DNA from: an uncultured Nitrospiraceae bacterium
GTDB taxonomy: Bacteria > Nitrospirota > Thermodesulfovibrionia > Thermodesulfovibrionales > Dissulfurispiraceae
Direction: 5' to 3'
Assembly: GCA_963727805.1 (NCBI GenBank)
Contig: CAVSHF010000005.1
Coordinates: 928,001 to 992,000 of the forward strand
Length of the DNA stretch: 64,000 bases
Part shown: piece by piece, positions 61,126-64,000 of the stretch
Numbering within the stretch: position 1 is the stretch's first letter
How the letters are laid out: each line of letters starts with the position of its first letter
Notes under the pieces: model-generated
Told to the model about the DNA's origin: nothing
The model's database searches: none
Seen by the model: only the letters and a program-made list of their open reading frames with translations
Translations under genes and position numbers: made by a program

Positions 61126-61569
61126 TTATTTCTCGCTGGAATATGGCAACCAAATATATTTTCCTGATGTTGTTGAATCGGTCTTGAACCTAATTTCTTC
61201 TGTCATTGTATATGGTATTAGATATGGGCTATATGATAAGTGGATGTTAATATCGGCACGGTCGATTGAACTTGGCGGCAGATCAATTTGTCCTTTCAAA
61301 AAAGTAGTAGCTGACTTATTGGGGCTTAGGGTAGACACATAATAGAAATATTTCTCGCCGTTGCCTGAAAAGGAGGAGTTATTAATGGTCAGGCCGCCAG
61401 CCTCTAAATGTGTAACATTTAAAGAGATATTAATATCTCGAACCGGTAAGTACCCGTCATTTTTAATAATAAAGGGGGTCTTGAATGGAGCGTGTGGATC
61501 TAGGATTTCGCCAGGCGAAACAGAAAGTCGAGGATAAGCAGCAAATAAGAAACAGACAGCACCCATCAA
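61126..61569 (-). CDS. Passenger: membrane-anchored hypothetical protein (true start uncertain)
   Basis: Hydrophobic segment followed by a beta-rich domain (PFIIKNDGYLPV); the frame stays open upstream to about 61700. Confidence 0.6.
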   Translation of the reverse strand: MMGAVCFLFAAYPRLSVSPGEILDPHAPFKTPFIIKNDGYLPVRDINISLNVTHLEAGGLTINNSSFSGNGEKYFYYVSTLSPNKSATTFLKGQIDLPPSSIDRADINIHLSYSPYLIPYTMTEEIRFKTDSTTSGKYIWLPYSSEK

Positions 61570-61986
61570 AAAAGAAATTACTGCAACGAGTTTTATGGGA
61601 ATTTTATGATATATTGAGATTGTTTCTGGGGGTTCTGATAGGGCTTTCTTTCGCTGTTGTATTTGCTTGGATCGTTTTAAAGCTTTTGCTTTAGACCCAT
61701 TTTTTTGCCATGCGCTATTATGACATAAATAACTATGAAATCCAAAGGCTTTGAAAACATTTTCAAACTAACTCGTACCATTATTCCAAACTGATCTGCT
61801 TTTTTGAGTTTTTGCACAGTTGTGCAAATCTGCCCACCATAAAACCACAAGATATTGAGTCCAACCATCTGCATTGTAACAAGCCCATCTTCGTAAATCA
61901 CCCCATTAATTTTAATTGACAAATGCGATGGCGAGTATTTATTATTAATGGGGTACATAGAAATCCAAGCAGGGGGTGATGGGGAT

Positions 61987-62370
61987 ATGCATGCGGACAT
62001 CGAAAAAGCCATTGAGCTTATTGATGAAAAAATTAAAGAATTGCGCCAAGCTAAACATGCTTTGTTTAATGCCTTTGGCAATAGTCAACAACAACCAGTC
62101 ACTGCAGAGGAACGCCCAACCTTAACAGTAACTAGAACATTCGGCAGAATGAATGCTGCACCGGGATCAAGAAAGGGGGAGGTTGTTAAGTTGCTTAAGG
62201 ATAGGGGGCCATTAACCCGCAGTGAAATTAGAGATGGTGTAAGCTTTCCTGAAGGGACCATTTCCTATGTTTTGACGGATGCTACATTATTCGCAAACAA
62301 AGATGGAAAATGGTACTTAAAGGAGCAAATGGAAAAGCAGGGAGGAGATATCGAAGATGTTAAAAGTTAG
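61987..62370 (+). CDS. Passenger: coiled-coil + winged-helix-like putative DNA-binding protein
   Basis: MHADIEKAIELIDEKIKELRQAK...VVKLLKDRGPLTRSEIRDG..FPEGTISYVL...KDGKWYL. Confidence 0.6.
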   Translation: MHADIEKAIELIDEKIKELRQAKHALFNAFGNSQQQPVTAEERPTLTVTRTFGRMNAAPGSRKGEVVKLLKDRGPLTRSEIRDGVSFPEGTISYVLTDATLFANKDGKWYLKEQMEKQGGDIEDVKS

Positions 62371-62398
62371 AGGCGTATAGGTAGCACTATACGCCTCT
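62369..62398 (+). terminator. Strong hairpin after the passenger gene
   Basis: AGAGGCGTATAG-GTAGCA-CTATACGCCTCT, a 12-bp perfect stem with no clear U tract. Confidence 0.5.
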
Positions 62399-62561
62399 GA
62401 TAGGGTGCCCTTTGAGCAGGGCTAAGACTCTTTCTAGTTTTAGTCTAGCATATTTCCTGCTCAAAATCCATAGGGGCACTAAATACGGGAGGTGCGCCAT
62501 GAGGCGTCCACCCAGGAAAAAGGAAGAAATAGTGAGGCCAAGACCAAAGCCAAAGCCGGTC

Positions 62562-62729
62562 TTAGTGCTCAGGTTGTAATCTTCCTGTCTTCTTTAAAAG
62601 AGGGGACTGCTTTTCAGCAGTCCCTTTCTTTTTCTTTACTGGTGGCACGTCTAAGAGTGCTGATACGATCCTATCGAAATCCTGATTCTCTATTTGTTCT
62701 TTAGCCTTTTCTTTTTTTTCTTTAGTCAT
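62562..62729 (-). CDS. Small basic protein directly downstream of the IS1595 transposase
   Basis: ATG 1 nt after the transposase stop; MTKEKKEKAKEQIENQDFDRIVSALLDVPP...; 55 aa. Confidence 0.55.
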   Translation of the reverse strand: MTKEKKEKAKEQIENQDFDRIVSALLDVPPVKKKKGTAEKQSPLLKKTGRLQPEH

Positions 62730-62730
62730 A

Positions 62731-63633
62731 TTAGTCCCGGTAGTAAAGCCTCTTACCTTCAATGCCCTTCAATGCTGCATCTGTTCTTACGCTATCGCTT
62801 ACTTTTCTATAATTATATCTAAAATCAAATTCAGTTGTGTATTTCTGTAAGTGTTGCTCACCAACATGATGGAAGGTTCCAACTAGTCCGCGCTTCAATA
62901 AGCTGAAATAATTTTCCGCTGTATTAATATGCGCTATCCCCTTTACATATTGCTTATGGCTATGAAAAACCTTGCCGTGATCGGCAAATTCTGTTCCAAC
63001 TTTGTTATAGCTTTTATGCTCATCGGTCATTAAATGTGATTCCTTATTTATTTGTTCAATTAGGATACTTCTTAATGTCTTTGCGGTTACGTTAGGTACA
63101 TGAAATGACCGTGCATCACCATTCCGTTCTACCAGTGTTAGGATTTTCATTTTATGATCTGCGCCACGTGCGCCTTTTTTCTGAGTGTCATTATTGCCCC
63201 AATACGTTTCATCGGCTTCTACGATTTTGCCCTTACCGCCGAGCTTATTGATAAATTCAGGGGACTTCATGGCTTCTCTAATTCTATGAGTCATGAACCA
63301 CGCGCTCTTGTATGTGATGCCAAGCATGCGGTGTAACTGGTGTGAGCTCATGCCTTTCTTAGAGGAGCAAATAAGATATGTCGCGTATAACCATTTATCA
63401 AGAGAGAGATGACTACCCTCAAACAGAGTGCCGACAGTTACAGTAAATTGCTTTCTACATTTGCCACACTTCAATACACCCTTTCTTGTGGCCTTACCTT
63501 CTAATCGATATATCTTTTCAGTATTTCCGCAATGAGGGCAAACAGGGCCATTAGGCCACCTGATAGATTCAAGATATTCCCTTGCTGCTTCTTCACTTTT
63601 AAAATGATCTGCTAATAAATTTGATGTTCCCAT
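62731..63633 (-). CDS. IS1595-family transposase
   Basis: Zn ribbon CPHCG...CGKC, HTH, VEADETY, LMTDE, HINTAENYFSLLKRG and EFDFRYN motifs. Confidence 0.95.
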   Translation of the reverse strand: MGTSNLLADHFKSEEAAREYLESIRWPNGPVCPHCGNTEKIYRLEGKATRKGVLKCGKCRKQFTVTVGTLFEGSHLSLDKWLYATYLICSSKKGMSSHQLHRMLGITYKSAWFMTHRIREAMKSPEFINKLGGKGKIVEADETYWGNNDTQKKGARGADHKMKILTLVERNGDARSFHVPNVTAKTLRSILIEQINKESHLMTDEHKSYNKVGTEFADHGKVFHSHKQYVKGIAHINTAENYFSLLKRGLVGTFHHVGEQHLQKYTTEFDFRYNYRKVSDSVRTDAALKGIEGKRLYYRD

Positions 63634-63657
63634 TTTTTATTCCCTCCTGATACTATA

Positions 63658-63686
63658 ATTGTATCAGATATAAATGGGTTTGTCAA
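63658..63686 (-). promoter_or_regulatory. Sigma70-like promoter for the transposase, overlapping the terminal IR
   Basis: TTGACA-N17-TACAAT on the minus strand, followed by SD AGGAGG. Confidence 0.7.
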
Positions 63687-63737
63687 GTATATAATTGCGT
63701 AATTTAAAGCTAACTCATTGATTAATATACATCAAGA

Positions 63738-63829
63738 TGGCGGAGGGGGTGAGATTCGAACTCACGGTAAGGGTCGCCCCCTACAACGGTTTTCAAGACC
63801 GCCGCTTTCAACCGCTCAGCCACCCCTCC
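63738..63829 (-). tRNA. tRNA-Ser (anticodon TGA)
   Basis: GGAGGGGTGGCTGAGCGG...GGTCTTGAAAACC...long variable arm...GTTCGAATC...CTCCGCCA; encoded CCA. Confidence 0.96.
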
Positions 63830-64000
63830 ATTCGCAGAAATATTATCGTACCAAACTCGTGTTACAAATTTCTACTTGAAGTACCGGTTTACTGTATCGG
63901 GCAATACACCCATCATCATGAAAAATCTATAGATATCAGATGAATCCCTAACTCTGTACTTAAGCCGGAGAGTTGGGGTCGGCTTTGATCAAAACCCTGT

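Larger units (their letters stand above)
61075..63699 (-). mobile_element. IS1595-family cargo-carrying transposon (ISNha5-like ends), 2625 bp
   Basis: 25-bp imperfect IRs CGGAATTGTATATTTGGAAAACCCA / CGCAATTATATACTTGACAAACCCA (20/25 identical); 8-bp TSD TAATTTAA at 61067-61074 and 63700-63707. Confidence 0.92.

Noticed and set aside
63738..63829. Possible tRNA-Sec, given the selenoprotein in the window
   Set aside because: The anticodon is TGA (reads UCA, Ser), not TCA, and the acceptor stem is a normal 7 bp.
63737..63943. 68-aa ORF MAEGVRFELT...
   Set aside because: It is the antisense translation of the tRNA gene.

Overview
64-kb chromosomal window from an anaerobic bacterium. Gene content suggests Nitrospirota/Thermodesulfovibrionia or Desulfobacterota (inference only). 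The left part (1-37.7 kb) is mostly housekeeping and metabolic: an hdrA-mvhD(selenocysteine)-metV-metF operon, a Tat-exported superoxide reductase, a UvrD/Rep helicase, a kdp locus missing kdpFAB, partly decayed rml/epimerase genes, radical SAM-rng, larE, transaldolase, glgC, a TIGR04282/TIGR04283 glycosyltransferase cluster and exeA/exeB. The right part (37.7-63.7 kb), ending at a tRNA-Ser, is an accessory zone with many pseudogenes, two complete IS21 elements with target-site duplications and an IS1595-family cargo transposon. The most notable locus is an intact five-gene operon (46.7-53.9 kb). It encodes two paralogous membrane proteins carrying 3+2 = 5 DUF202/VTC-like repeats, each with a strict Arg-every-7 heptad helix, plus a histidine kinase, a receiver protein and a PEP-synthase-like dikinase. 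I propose it as a candidate pseudo-pentameric polyanion channel system. All family assignments come from reading motifs by eye; no database search was run.
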